IMG/VR virus record: IMGVR_UViG_3300013119_001061
Origin: a virus
Reading direction: 5' to 3' (one strand)
Length of the DNA stretch: 64,000 bases
Made by a program: the position numbers and the translations under genes
Shown here: one piece after another, positions 7,956 through 17,481 of the stretch
Numbering within the stretch: the stretch's first letter is position 1
How the letters are laid out: each line of letters starts with the position of its first letter
Notes under the pieces: model-generated
Database searches by the model: none
What the model saw: only the letters and a program-made list of their open reading frames with translations
Told to the model about the DNA's origin: nothing

Positions 7956-10554
7956 AAAGCTTGTTCCGTATGATGGAAAAGTAATTGACCTATGTGTTGA
8001 AAATTCACACACGTATAACGTTGAAGGAAAAGCAGTTCACAATTCAGGCGCCGGCAGTTTAGTCAATTACTTGCTAGGAATCACGCAGATTGACCCGATT
8101 CCATACGGTCTACTTTGGAGTCGATTCCTCGGCAGACACAGGACATCGTGGCCGGATATCGACTCGGATGCAGGAGATCGAGATGCACTCATTGATGCCG
8201 CCCGAGAGCTGTTTGGTAATGATGCTGTTATTCCCGTAAGCAACTTTAATACACTCAAGCTAAAGTCAATTGTCAAGGATGTTGCTAAGTTCTATGATGT
8301 TCCTTTTCAAGAGGTAAATATCGTCACAGGACCATTACAAGCTGACGTAGAGCCTCATGCTCGAGATGCTAATACTGAGAAGTCGGTATTCGTTTTGACC
8401 CACGAGGATTGCATGAAGTATTCAGAGAAATATCTTGCTTTCATGACGAAATATCCGCATGTAGAAGATCATGTGAGCACGTTGTTTATGGAGCAAAAAT
8501 CAATTGGCCGTCATGCAGGCGGTGTTCTTATTGCAGATGCACGTGAGCTTGAGAAGACAATCCCACTAATCTCAGTTCGAGGTGACTTGCAAACTCCGTG
8601 GACTGAGGGAATGAACTTCAGAAACCTCGAAGATAATGGGTTCATTAAGTTTGATTTCCTCGGACTCACACTGATGAAAGATGTGGAAAATTGTATCCGA
8701 AGAATCCTCATTAAAGACGGGCAAAAGAATCCATCGTTTATGGATATCAAGGAATTCTTTGATAAAAACTTGAATTGTCGTACTATTAAGCAAGATGATC
8801 CAAGGGTATGGGAGAATGTATATCACCAAAAGAACTTTGCCCCAGGCATCTTTCAGTTTACTGCGCAAGGAGCTCGAAACTTCTGTATGCAAGCTAAGCC
8901 TGAAAACATTGAGGAGCTCGGTGCAATCACAGCAATTTATCGACCGGGCCCACTGAAGGCAAATGTTCATATTGATTATGTCGCAGCAAAGAACGACCGA
9001 GACAATATCGTGTATGACCACCCAGTGATTGAGAAGATCCTCGGTGCAACTTGTGGATTCATCACGTTTCAAGAGCAGTTCATGACTTTGGCAGTGGAAC
9101 TAGCAGGATTTACGCCCGGCGAATCTGATAAAATGCGTAAGACGCTGGTGAAGAAGTCGCTTGACACAATCGGCAAAAAAGGTTCAGAACGTGATGCATT
9201 GCGCAAGAAGTTTGTTGAAGGTGCTGAGAGATTACATGATCTAGATCCGAAAATCACACATGCACTCTTCGACAAGATCGAGTTCTTCAGCCTGTATGGG
9301 TTTAATAAATCACATGCTATCTCTTACGCAATTGACAGTTACTACGCAGCATGGCTCTTTACTTATCACCCCAATGAGTGGATTGCAGCTGTTCTTCAAT
9401 CTGAAAATGGAAGCCCGAAAAATCTGTCAAAAGCAATCCGCGAGGCAAAGGTTCTTGACTTCAAGTTCGAACAGTCAGACATCAACTACTCGGGCATTGA
9501 GTGGGAATTTAACTATGAAAAGAACGCATTCATTCCGCCGCTAACCTCCATCAAAGGTTTGGGAAAGACGGCGATGGCAGAACTGATTAAGCATAGACCC
9601 TATGCGTCAGTCAAAGATCTGTTCTTTAATAAGCGCGGTGAATGGCGATTCTCAAAGGCAAATAAGACAACCTTCGGAGCGCTATGTCAAATTGAGGCAT
9701 TCTCATCACTTGACGAGCTTGAAAGCGGAGATATTGAAAATCACCGACAGCTTTATCACTTGATTGTGGACAATTACGATAAAATCAAAAAAGCAAATGA
9801 TGGAAAACAAAAGTGGTTGGATAAGCTTCCTGTCCTCGCTGAAAAAAATTATGAGGAGGTCAAAAAGATTATCAAGGTATTCGAAAAATACAAGAATGAA
9901 GACACTGCATTAAAAATGAAGGCAGTTGTTGAAGATTCAAATGTCATGGATTGGAACTATATTGACAATCTTTCATCTGAGCTTAGGGTATACGAGCACA
10001 ATCAGCCTCGACGACAGCTGCAAGTCGACAGATGCTTCACCCGCCTAGAAGAGAACACTGTAAAAAGAGATAAAATCTTAGATAGGCTTGATCAATATTT
10101 CGATCTCAAAGAAGCAATCAAGGATTATGAAGATATCGAAGACTGGGCAAGAGATGAAAAGATTCGGCTATATCAAGAGATCACGTCAGCAATCAATAAC
10201 GAGCTTGTATTTCCGTCTGAAGTAATGGATAGAATCACGAGGACTGATATGCCGTCAGTATGTGAAATTGAGGGCGGCCAAAAGGCTGTGGCATGGGGTT
10301 GCATCGCCGAGGTTCAAAAGAAGAAGACGAAAAAGGGAAAAGATTTCTATCGTCTCAGAATGATCGATGAGCAAAACCGAAATTGCTGGCTCAGGGTTTG
10401 GGGTAAGTTCTTTGATTGGGGCGAAGAAAGAGGGCAGAAGGTTTATTATGAACCCCCTTCATTCTCTTATTGGTTGATGGAAGTTGACGTCGATCCGAAT
10501 TGGGGAGCATCTACTGCAGCATGGAAAATGAGAAGGATACCTCTTGTTGATTAA
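7936..10554 (+). CDS. dnaE: split-intein C-half (36 aa) fused to DNA polymerase III alpha C-terminal part
   Basis: VIDLCVENSHTYNVEGKAVHN|SGAGSLVNYLLGITQIDP; WPDIDSD, HAGGV, KFDFLGL, YRPGP, YGFNKSHA. Confidence 0.93.
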   Translation: MTKLISKKLVPYDGKVIDLCVENSHTYNVEGKAVHNSGAGSLVNYLLGITQIDPIPYGLLWSRFLGRHRTSWPDIDSDAGDRDALIDAARELFGNDAVIPVSNFNTLKLKSIVKDVAKFYDVPFQEVNIVTGPLQADVEPHARDANTEKSVFVLTHEDCMKYSEKYLAFMTKYPHVEDHVSTLFMEQKSIGRHAGGVLIADARELEKTIPLISVRGDLQTPWTEGMNFRNLEDNGFIKFDFLGLTLMKDVENCIRRILIKDGQKNPSFMDIKEFFDKNLNCRTIKQDDPRVWENVYHQKNFAPGIFQFTAQGARNFCMQAKPENIEELGAITAIYRPGPLKANVHIDYVAAKNDRDNIVYDHPVIEKILGATCGFITFQEQFMTLAVELAGFTPGESDKMRKTLVKKSLDTIGKKGSERDALRKKFVEGAERLHDLDPKITHALFDKIEFFSLYGFNKSHAISYAIDSYYAAWLFTYHPNEWIAAVLQSENGSPKNLSKAIREAKVLDFKFEQSDINYSGIEWEFNYEKNAFIPPLTSIKGLGKTAMAELIKHRPYASVKDLFFNKRGEWRFSKANKTTFGALCQIEAFSSLDELESGDIENHRQLYHLIVDNYDKIKKANDGKQKWLDKLPVLAEKNYEEVKKIIKVFEKYKNEDTALKMKAVVEDSNVMDWNYIDNLSSELRVYEHNQPRRQLQVDRCFTRLEENTVKRDKILDRLDQYFDLKEAIKDYEDIEDWARDEKIRLYQEITSAINNELVFPSEVMDRITRTDMPSVCEIEGGQKAVAWGCIAEVQKKKTKKGKDFYRLRMIDEQNRNCWLRVWGKFFDWGEERGQKVYYEPPSFSYWLMEVDVDPNWGASTAAWKMRRIPLVD

Positions 10555-10735
10555 AGTTGGTGACTTGGTAAAAATTATAAAAGTATCAACAGTTGATGAT
10601 ACTCATCTAGGAAAAATAGGAGTATTGATAGTGAATAAGGGCGTTGACAATAGTGGGTATCCACTGGATAAGATTCTTGTTAATGGTGAAAAGATAAGTA
10701 TATACCCAGATGGTTACGAGGTAATAGATGATTAA
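10544..10735 (+). CDS. small KOW/SH3-like 'KxGDLV' protein
   Basis: IKVGDLVKII...GKIGVLI; same pattern as the 54.8-59.3 kb array. Confidence 0.6.
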   Translation: MLIKVGDLVKIIKVSTVDDTHLGKIGVLIVNKGVDNSGYPLDKILVNGEKISIYPDGYEVIDD

Positions 10736-11636
10736 GTTTCCGATAAACAAGATCTTCATCGAAGGCCCAGACCTTTCTGGTAAGTCATCATTATATAGGT
10801 CAATTCATGAGAAATCAAAGTTCAAATGGAACATCGATGACAGATCAACGTTATCAATGTGTGTGTATGCAAACCAGTATGACCGAGATGACTTCTATCT
10901 CCGCCAGAATCTAAGTTTAGAGCTTTCAAACCTGAACAATCACCTCGTGTTACTACTGCCAGATCTCGGCGTCATTCATGATAGATTTCTGGATCGCGGC
11001 GACGAGTTTCAAGATGCTGATTCATTAGTCGATCTTCACCATAGGTTTGCTAAAGAGTTTGAAAAGGTTTGCATGTTGCCAAACGTTCATGCATTCACTT
11101 CCGGGACTGCTGAAGAGCAAGCATCAAAAGTCATTGAAAATCTTTGTGAGTGGGAAGCAAGAACACCCAGGCAGATCGGAAAGCTGGTAAATGAGTTTGC
11201 AAAGTTCTCACCCAATCGTGAATGCACCACAATGCAGTTTCACTTCTACGACGACGGGACATTCGAAGGAGTCAATGACAATATTGAGTTCACGCCCGGC
11301 GAAGAAGTATATTACGCCAAAATCCGCGGTAAGCTCATAGGAAAAATTGAGGATGAACTAGCAGGATTAAACTCATATATGCGCAAGGAAACCAAAACAT
11401 CCCGAAGGTTCGTATTCGCAGGTGACGACTGCATATCATTTATTCAGGTGCTAGTCAGAGATGGATTAATGGATGTGCACTCAGTATTCAGGTCGTCAGA
11501 TACCCAAAGAAAAACTGCAACTGACATTCAGCTCATTCATTACCTAGGCAGAGAGGCCGCCAAAATACTCAGATTGAACACAGATGACTATCGATTCCGA
11601 TTCCGATTTAACATAAACAGTGCACACGTAATATAG
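10728..11636 (+). CDS. dNMP (thymidylate-type) kinase fused to thymidylate-synthase-like domain
   Basis: IEGPDLSGKS P-loop and DDRS; C-terminal SRR, CISFIQ, RSSD, SAHV. Confidence 0.7.
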   Translation: MIKFPINKIFIEGPDLSGKSSLYRSIHEKSKFKWNIDDRSTLSMCVYANQYDRDDFYLRQNLSLELSNLNNHLVLLLPDLGVIHDRFLDRGDEFQDADSLVDLHHRFAKEFEKVCMLPNVHAFTSGTAEEQASKVIENLCEWEARTPRQIGKLVNEFAKFSPNRECTTMQFHFYDDGTFEGVNDNIEFTPGEEVYYAKIRGKLIGKIEDELAGLNSYMRKETKTSRRFVFAGDDCISFIQVLVRDGLMDVHSVFRSSDTQRKTATDIQLIHYLGREAAKILRLNTDDYRFRFRFNINSAHVI

Positions 11637-11648
11637 GTAGAACACACT

Positions 11649-11873
11649 ATGATCAACGGAAAGCATATTAACATTGATGAGCTCAAGTGGTATAAACTAG
11701 AGCGAGGAAGACATAGATCACAGCTTGTCATAAATATAGACAAGATTGTTGAGTGTATTAATAATGATTGCTGGTCAGCTGATCTAAAAGCAGCACTAGC
11801 CCAAGCACAATATGCATATGACTCTGCGTCTTTTACAGAATATAAAATAGAACTATTAGAGGACAAAGATTGA
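11649..11873 (+). CDS. hypothetical protein
   Basis: 74-aa ORF in operon. Confidence 0.55.
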   Translation: MINGKHINIDELKWYKLERGRHRSQLVINIDKIVECINNDCWSADLKAALAQAQYAYDSASFTEYKIELLEDKD

Positions 11874-12289
11874 CACAAAAAACAAAGAAAAAAATCTGGT
11901 CGGATTCATCAATACTCAAATCAATTAAAAACCCAACACCAGACTCATACGAAGTAAAAATCAAAGCTCCCGAAGTTACGTTCATGGGTGGAAAAAATAA
12001 GCCAGATTTTGCGTCTGTGTATTTAATTATGTATCCGCAAGATCATGTAGTTGAACTCAAATCTTTAAAGCTATATTTTTATCAATTCCGTGAAAAGCTC
12101 TTTTCATATGAAAGAATAATTAATGTAATTTATGATGATCTCATGAAAGTATACAAGCCAGAAAGATTAAGAGTAATGATAGATTTTAATCCTCGAGGTG
12201 GAATATCATCAAGATTGACAATCGACTCAGACTGGAAATCTCGAGGCGGAAAAGATAAGTTTAAAAATTGGAATGAGAGCCCGTGGTAA
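11870..12289 (+). CDS. QueF-like T-fold protein (lacks catalytic Cys)
   Basis: PDFA, VELKSLKLY, FNPRGGI motifs. Confidence 0.75.
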   Translation: MTQKTKKKIWSDSSILKSIKNPTPDSYEVKIKAPEVTFMGGKNKPDFASVYLIMYPQDHVVELKSLKLYFYQFREKLFSYERIINVIYDDLMKVYKPERLRVMIDFNPRGGISSRLTIDSDWKSRGGKDKFKNWNESPW

Positions 12290-12729
12290 AAAACAAGCTC
12301 AAAGTAGGATTCACATGCAGCAGTTTCGACCTATTGCATCCAGGGCACGTTGTAATGCTCAAGGATTGCAAGAATGTATGTGACTATTTGATTGTCGGGT
12401 TACAAACTGATCCAACGATTGACCGCAAGGACAAAAACAAGCCAATCCAGACATTCCGCGAAAGAGAGCTTATGATTCGCTCTATTAAGTACGTCGATGA
12501 GGTTGCCAAGTATGAGACTGAAGCAGAGCTTTATGAGCTAATCAAGGATTTAAATCCAGAAGTCAGAATTTTGGGAACCGACTGGAAAGACAAAGAGTTT
12601 ACTGGGCATGATCTTGAAATTCCGATTCACTGGCACAATCGTGATCATGACTGGTCAACATCAGAATTAAGAAGTAGAATTTACCGAGTAGAGCTAGACA
12701 AAATGGAAAGATTAATGGGGCGTCTATGA
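12283..12729 (+). CDS. TagD-like cytidylyltransferase
   Basis: FDLLHPGH, VGLQTD, STSELR. Confidence 0.85.
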   Translation: MVKNKLKVGFTCSSFDLLHPGHVVMLKDCKNVCDYLIVGLQTDPTIDRKDKNKPIQTFRERELMIRSIKYVDEVAKYETEAELYELIKDLNPEVRILGTDWKDKEFTGHDLEIPIHWHNRDHDWSTSELRSRIYRVELDKMERLMGRL

Positions 12730-13655
12730 GTAGAAAAGCATTAGTAACAGGCGCAGCAGGATTCATCGGCTCAAACTTGGTTCGAAAGCTGCTTGAAGAA
12801 GGCTGGAGTGTCACGGGTGTCGACGACCTCAGCTCTGGGCATCTTGAGTTAGTTGAGGGTTGTAAGGGCCTCCGACTCATTGTCGATGACTTTGCAGGAG
12901 CGCAAGCAATAGCTGAGATAGAAAGGGGCGACTACGATGTTGTGTTTCATGTCGCCGCAATCCCACGAGTAAGCTACTCAGTTGAGCACCCATCAGAGAC
13001 AACTCTGACAAATATCGCAAAGACAGTCAAGTTAATGGAAGCATGTCGAGGAACTATTGACAGGTTCGTGTTCTCATCGTCATCGTCAGTCTACGGCGGC
13101 GCCGAGATCATGCCTACACCGACTGATCACCCGCGAGATCCCAAGTCGCCATATGCATGGCACAAGTCGTCAATCGAAGATCTACTTCGAATGTTCGGCA
13201 ACCTTCATGATTTTGACTCTGTGTGTCTGAGATACTTTAATGTCTTCGGCCCAAATCAATATGGTGACTCGCCGTATTCAACAGCTATATCTGCTTGGTG
13301 TCATGCAATCAAGCACGGAACGCCCCTTCGATCTGACGGAACTGGCGAGCAATCACGTGACATGTGCTATGTTGACAATGTAGTTGACATGAACATTCGG
13401 GCTGCAAATCACGCCGAGTCTTTAAGAGGAGAATCATTCAATGTTGCATGCGGAGATCGAACGACAAATAACGAAATCCTCGAGGCACTAAAAGAGAGAT
13501 TCGGAGATCTGGATATCAATCATGCACCACCCCGCCCCGGCGACGTTATGCACACCCAGGCAGATATCTCAGAGACAGAACGAGTATTTGGATACAAGCC
13601 GCTGGTAAAATTTTGGCCCGGGTTCCAGAAAACGCTAGAGTGGTGGGATATTTAA
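12726..13655 (+). CDS. NAD-dependent sugar-nucleotide epimerase/dehydratase
   Basis: TGAAGFIGS, SSSSVYG, YAWHK, LRYFNVFGP, GEQSRD. Confidence 0.9.
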   Translation: MSRKALVTGAAGFIGSNLVRKLLEEGWSVTGVDDLSSGHLELVEGCKGLRLIVDDFAGAQAIAEIERGDYDVVFHVAAIPRVSYSVEHPSETTLTNIAKTVKLMEACRGTIDRFVFSSSSSVYGGAEIMPTPTDHPRDPKSPYAWHKSSIEDLLRMFGNLHDFDSVCLRYFNVFGPNQYGDSPYSTAISAWCHAIKHGTPLRSDGTGEQSRDMCYVDNVVDMNIRAANHAESLRGESFNVACGDRTTNNEILEALKERFGDLDINHAPPRPGDVMHTQADISETERVFGYKPLVKFWPGFQKTLEWWDI

Positions 13656-13679
13656 TCATACCGACACGAGGATAATGAT

Positions 13680-13991
13680 ATGAAAATAACTCTCGCTGAG
13701 CTAAGATGCTTAATTAAAGAAGCAATTGCTGATACAGGCGACTCTTTCGACCCACTTTCATTCCTAAGAAGATCAAGGAAGGTAAACTATAAACCCCTAC
13801 CAGATAGCATGCGACGAGAGTATGATGCAGCCACTACGATATTGAGCACCGCAAGTGATACAATGTCTCTTGAAGAGCTTATTCATTCACTTGAAACCGA
13901 CGAGAACCCCATAGAGAGATCTGCCGCTGATCCTCGGTATGCGCAGATTGAGCTAGCATGGATCGAGCACCAGCATGCACAGAAGGCATAG
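13680..13991 (+). CDS. hypothetical protein with 'ELRxLIKE' leader
   Basis: MKITLAELRCLIKEAI. Confidence 0.6.
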   Translation: MKITLAELRCLIKEAIADTGDSFDPLSFLRRSRKVNYKPLPDSMRREYDAATTILSTASDTMSLEELIHSLETDENPIERSAADPRYAQIELAWIEHQHAQKA

Positions 13992-14000
13992 CAACTTAGA

Positions 14001-14507
14001 TTGGAACTTTCCCTTGGGATAAAGAACAAAAAGATTAGGATCGCGTTCTACAAAGGGCCAATGAACTGGCGAACGTGGATTGTCAAGTGGCGAACTGGCG
14101 GAACATATACTCACTGTGAATTAGTGATGCCGTCAGGCGACTGTATTGGTATTTCACCAGAAGATTCACCGCCAAGAATCAGGATGAAGCGACAAGAACT
14201 ACCCGATGATGATTGGGATTTCATCGACATAATGGTCGACAAGATCCAGATCATAAAGATCATTTCGTTTTTCAATAGCACATACGGGCATAAATACGAC
14301 TGGTTCGGGATGGTGATGTCATATGCTTCGCCTTGGTTCATCAAACATGAGAGAAAATGGTACTGCAGTCAATGGATTGCGACGCTGCTCACAGTGTCTG
14401 ATGTTTATTCATTTAACTATATCAAGATGTCGCCGACAAAACTATATGACATGCTGAGCATGAAAGTCAATAACGGATTAATCGACGGATCAGTAGAAGA
14501 TGCATGA
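14001..14507 (+). CDS. permuted papain-like (NlpC/P60-related) amidase
   Basis: YTHCELV precedes KYD...WYCSQ (His before Cys). Confidence 0.6.
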   Translation: MELSLGIKNKKIRIAFYKGPMNWRTWIVKWRTGGTYTHCELVMPSGDCIGISPEDSPPRIRMKRQELPDDDWDFIDIMVDKIQIIKIISFFNSTYGHKYDWFGMVMSYASPWFIKHERKWYCSQWIATLLTVSDVYSFNYIKMSPTKLYDMLSMKVNNGLIDGSVEDA

Positions 14508-14586
14508 TCTCTTTTCTAGCGAGTGGTTCAAAATTGCAATGGTTGCATTACTCATCATCGCTCTAAGGGCCTCGGGAAAGCAATAA

Positions 14587-15069
14587 ATGATATTAAGTTT
14601 AATTTTAGCTGCAAATATTTGTAATAGCCCAATAAAATTAAACACTGGGTATATTTCTTCCCATTATGGCCCGAGGCAAATGATTAAGAACGGCTTAGTG
14701 TCACACCACGACGGAGTTGATATTGCAGCAAAAGTTGGGACACCAATCTATTCAATTCAGGCAGGTAAGATAAAGTCAGTTCATATTCAAGACGATGGAG
14801 CAAAGATTGTCGACACTATTTCAGTTGATGATCAAGGTGTTTCCAGGATTATACGATATGCTCACCTAAGCAAATTTTCTGTCACAGAAGGTCAGCTTAT
14901 TGAATCGGGTGGATTAATCGGTTATGTGGGAATGACTGGGAATACAACCGGCCCACACGTTCATATTTCAACAGCCCTTTATGTTCACAATAAGGGTAAA
15001 TACATTCATCAAAATCCCGAAAAAGTTTTAAACCTCTGTAAATACAAGGTGAAAATTGAGTATAAATAA
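14587..15069 (+). CDS. M23 family peptidase
   Basis: HDGVDIAA, YAHLS, TGPHVH. Confidence 0.9.
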   Translation: MILSLILAANICNSPIKLNTGYISSHYGPRQMIKNGLVSHHDGVDIAAKVGTPIYSIQAGKIKSVHIQDDGAKIVDTISVDDQGVSRIIRYAHLSKFSVTEGQLIESGGLIGYVGMTGNTTGPHVHISTALYVHNKGKYIHQNPEKVLNLCKYKVKIEYK

Positions 15070-15121
15070 AGCAGCTCTGTCAATCACTAGCAAGGTTTTT
15101 AAAAATAAATGAAAAAAAGAG

Positions 15122-15148
15122 GAAACCCTCTCGAAAAATGTCCGATAA
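15122..15148 (+). promoter_or_regulatory. sigma28/FliA-like promoter GAAA-N15-TCCGATAA
   Basis: Similar to the consensus TAAA-N15-GCCGATAA; upstream of the T3SS-subunit-like genes; SD GGGAGG before 15185. Confidence 0.4.
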
Positions 15149-15184
15149 TATAGATAGGAAAACAATTAATGGGAGGTTTTCAAA

Positions 15185-16009
15185 ATGGTAGTTGGAATTA
15201 ATTCTCTTGGGACACGCGTTAATAAAGCAATGGATAATCTTGGTTACCCAGATGCAATTGGCGATATTGTCGGAGCCCAAACTGATCTTGCAACCTTTAA
15301 CATCTCAGGCGCAGTTCAAAACTGGAAAGATCTATTCTCAGGAATGCCGACTGCAAAGTTTCTAACTAAACCATCTGATGCAATTGCGCGATCACGACAA
15401 TTGCATAGTGACACATATGCAGCAGGTTCAGGTGGAACATTGGCTACTGCACTCCAAAAGATGGACGGCGAACTCATGGATCTTATGAAAGCTGCAGGTT
15501 CAAAAGTAGGTTCATTAATGAATCAACAAGGGAGTGGCCAAGCTGACCTTGGCGATCTGGTCGGCCCAAATGCACCAATTGAAGACCGAATTGCAGCTTT
15601 CTTGTTCAAGCAAATGAAGGAAAGCGATAAAGCTCTTGAAGCACAAATGAAGAAATACGAAGCTATCGGTAAATCTACCAAAAAGAAATCGGGTGGATTC
15701 TTTGGTTCAATCAAATCTGCATTCAAATCAGTTGCATCATCTGCATTTTCAATCGGCGGAGGAGCGCTCGGCGGAATGATCGGCGGTCCAATCGGAACCA
15801 AACTCGGTTCTGCGTTCGGCGGCGGATTATTCGGCGGAATGTTCGGCAAGAAAAAAGCAGCTAGTAGTGACAAGGAACATTCAAAATCAGTAATGAACTT
15901 TAAGATTCAGCAATTGATGAACAAAAGGGCACAATTACATGACTTAATATCTAATGTTTTAAAAACGATGCATTCAATGAGCATGAATTGCATTAGAAAT
16001 ATAAAATAA
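15185..16009 (+). CDS. T3SS tip/filament (Bsp22/EspA-like) protein with Gly-zipper
   Basis: C-terminal helix KIQQLMNKRAQLHDLISNVLKTMHSMSMNCIRNIK; GGxxGG hydrophobic segment. Confidence 0.5.
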   Translation: MVVGINSLGTRVNKAMDNLGYPDAIGDIVGAQTDLATFNISGAVQNWKDLFSGMPTAKFLTKPSDAIARSRQLHSDTYAAGSGGTLATALQKMDGELMDLMKAAGSKVGSLMNQQGSGQADLGDLVGPNAPIEDRIAAFLFKQMKESDKALEAQMKKYEAIGKSTKKKSGGFFGSIKSAFKSVASSAFSIGGGALGGMIGGPIGTKLGSAFGGGLFGGMFGKKKAASSDKEHSKSVMNFKIQQLMNKRAQLHDLISNVLKTMHSMSMNCIRNIK

Positions 16010-16024
16010 TAAATATTTATCAAT

Positions 16025-16987
16025 ATGTTAGTTGAAACATTTTACATAGTTCCGGCAGATGGAAAACAAAAAAACCCAAGAAAGAAGCTGGTTGCTAAAT
16101 TTAGTTGTGATATATGCAGTGAAGAATTTCAATCTTCAAATTCAATAAAAAAGAAGATTAAAAGAAATAATCACTTTTGTTCTAAGTTTTGTTTCGGTGA
16201 ATCTTTAAGAAATTCTGGTCATTTAAGACGACAGATAGAAGATACAAATTTAAAAAAGTATGGAGTAAAAAATCCTGCGTCACTCAAAGAAACTAAAGAG
16301 AAAATAGAGAACACTAGATTAAAAAAGTATGGTGTAAAGCACTTGATGCAATCGCAGGAATTCTTAGACAAGAGGGTTAAAACATATATTAAGAATCTTG
16401 GTGTTGATAATCCGTCAAAATCAAAAGAAGTTCAAGATAAGAAGGTTATGACTAGCATAAAGAACCACGGAGCAACTCATCCGCACATGAGTAAAAAAAT
16501 ACAAGAAAAATATAAGAAAACATGTAGGGAGAGGTTTGGTGTAGATAACCCGCTATCAAATAACAGGGTAAGAGAAAAATGCAAAGAAACGCTTGTGAAA
16601 AGATATGGTGTAGAGTTTTCACTACAGTCTGACGAGATAATTGAAAAATTTTATAAAACAAAATTTGGAATATCAAGAAGCGACTACATTGCACAACTGC
16701 CAGAGTTTGAAAACTACAAAAGAGAAGTAAGTAAGATCACAAACCAACAACCCATTCACTTGCTAGAAAACTCTAATAAAAATAGAGGTAAAGGTGAAGA
16801 CGACTACCAGCTTGATCACATGTTTTCAAAGCGGGAAGGTTTTTTACAAGATATAGATTCAGAAATAATTGGAAATATATGCAATCTTGAATTCATCCCG
16901 GCAAGAGAAAATATATCAAAGGGAAAAGATTGCTCGATATCAAAAGAAGAACTAATAAAAAGATTCAACGAATCAGATAAGGAATAA
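16025..16987 (+). CDS. putative HNH homing endonuclease with KKYGVxNP repeats
   Basis: CDIC...FCSKFC, about six YG/FG/LG-VxNP repeats, C-terminal LDH...N...EN. Confidence 0.7.
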   Translation: MLVETFYIVPADGKQKNPRKKLVAKFSCDICSEEFQSSNSIKKKIKRNNHFCSKFCFGESLRNSGHLRRQIEDTNLKKYGVKNPASLKETKEKIENTRLKKYGVKHLMQSQEFLDKRVKTYIKNLGVDNPSKSKEVQDKKVMTSIKNHGATHPHMSKKIQEKYKKTCRERFGVDNPLSNNRVREKCKETLVKRYGVEFSLQSDEIIEKFYKTKFGISRSDYIAQLPEFENYKREVSKITNQQPIHLLENSNKNRGKGEDDYQLDHMFSKREGFLQDIDSEIIGNICNLEFIPARENISKGKDCSISKEELIKRFNESDKE

Positions 16988-16990
16988 AAA

Positions 16991-17479
16991 ATGACCGGTA
17001 TCAATAGATTAAACAGTGGAAATTCAATTCGAGTTAATTCGGCACCGCTTCATACCCGACAAACTGCAAGAAATGATTTTGGGTCACAGATAGGCCGCGG
17101 AGTTGCTAACGGTGCAAATGCTGTAGCTGGCGCTGTTGCAGTTGCTGCACCATTCGTCCCAGGCGGAGCGGTTGTAAGTGCTACCATAAATCAAGCAGCA
17201 GGCGCCATCGGCAATTACGCCCCAGGTGGAACAATGAATACTCCGGGCCAGATGCCGGGACCAAATACCCAAATTGGTGCTGGTCAAGCCGGAACCTCAA
17301 GCACACAATCACTGATGGATCAAACTAAGCAAATGCAGGAGATGCAGATGTCGTTCAATCTACAATATCTAAATCTTCAAAATAAGATGCAAAATGAGAA
17401 TCGTCAATATAGTACTATCTCAAATGTCCTTAAAGCAAAGTCAGATACTGCTAAGAACGCAATAAATAATATACGCTAA
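16991..17479 (+). CDS. T3SS needle (SctF)-like protein
   Basis: C-terminal LQYLNLQNKMQNENRQYSTISNVLKAKSDTAKNAINNIR resembles the needle-subunit terminal helix. Confidence 0.55.
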   Translation: MTGINRLNSGNSIRVNSAPLHTRQTARNDFGSQIGRGVANGANAVAGAVAVAAPFVPGGAVVSATINQAAGAIGNYAPGGTMNTPGQMPGPNTQIGAGQAGTSSTQSLMDQTKQMQEMQMSFNLQYLNLQNKMQNENRQYSTISNVLKAKSDTAKNAINNIR

Positions 17480-17481
17480 AA

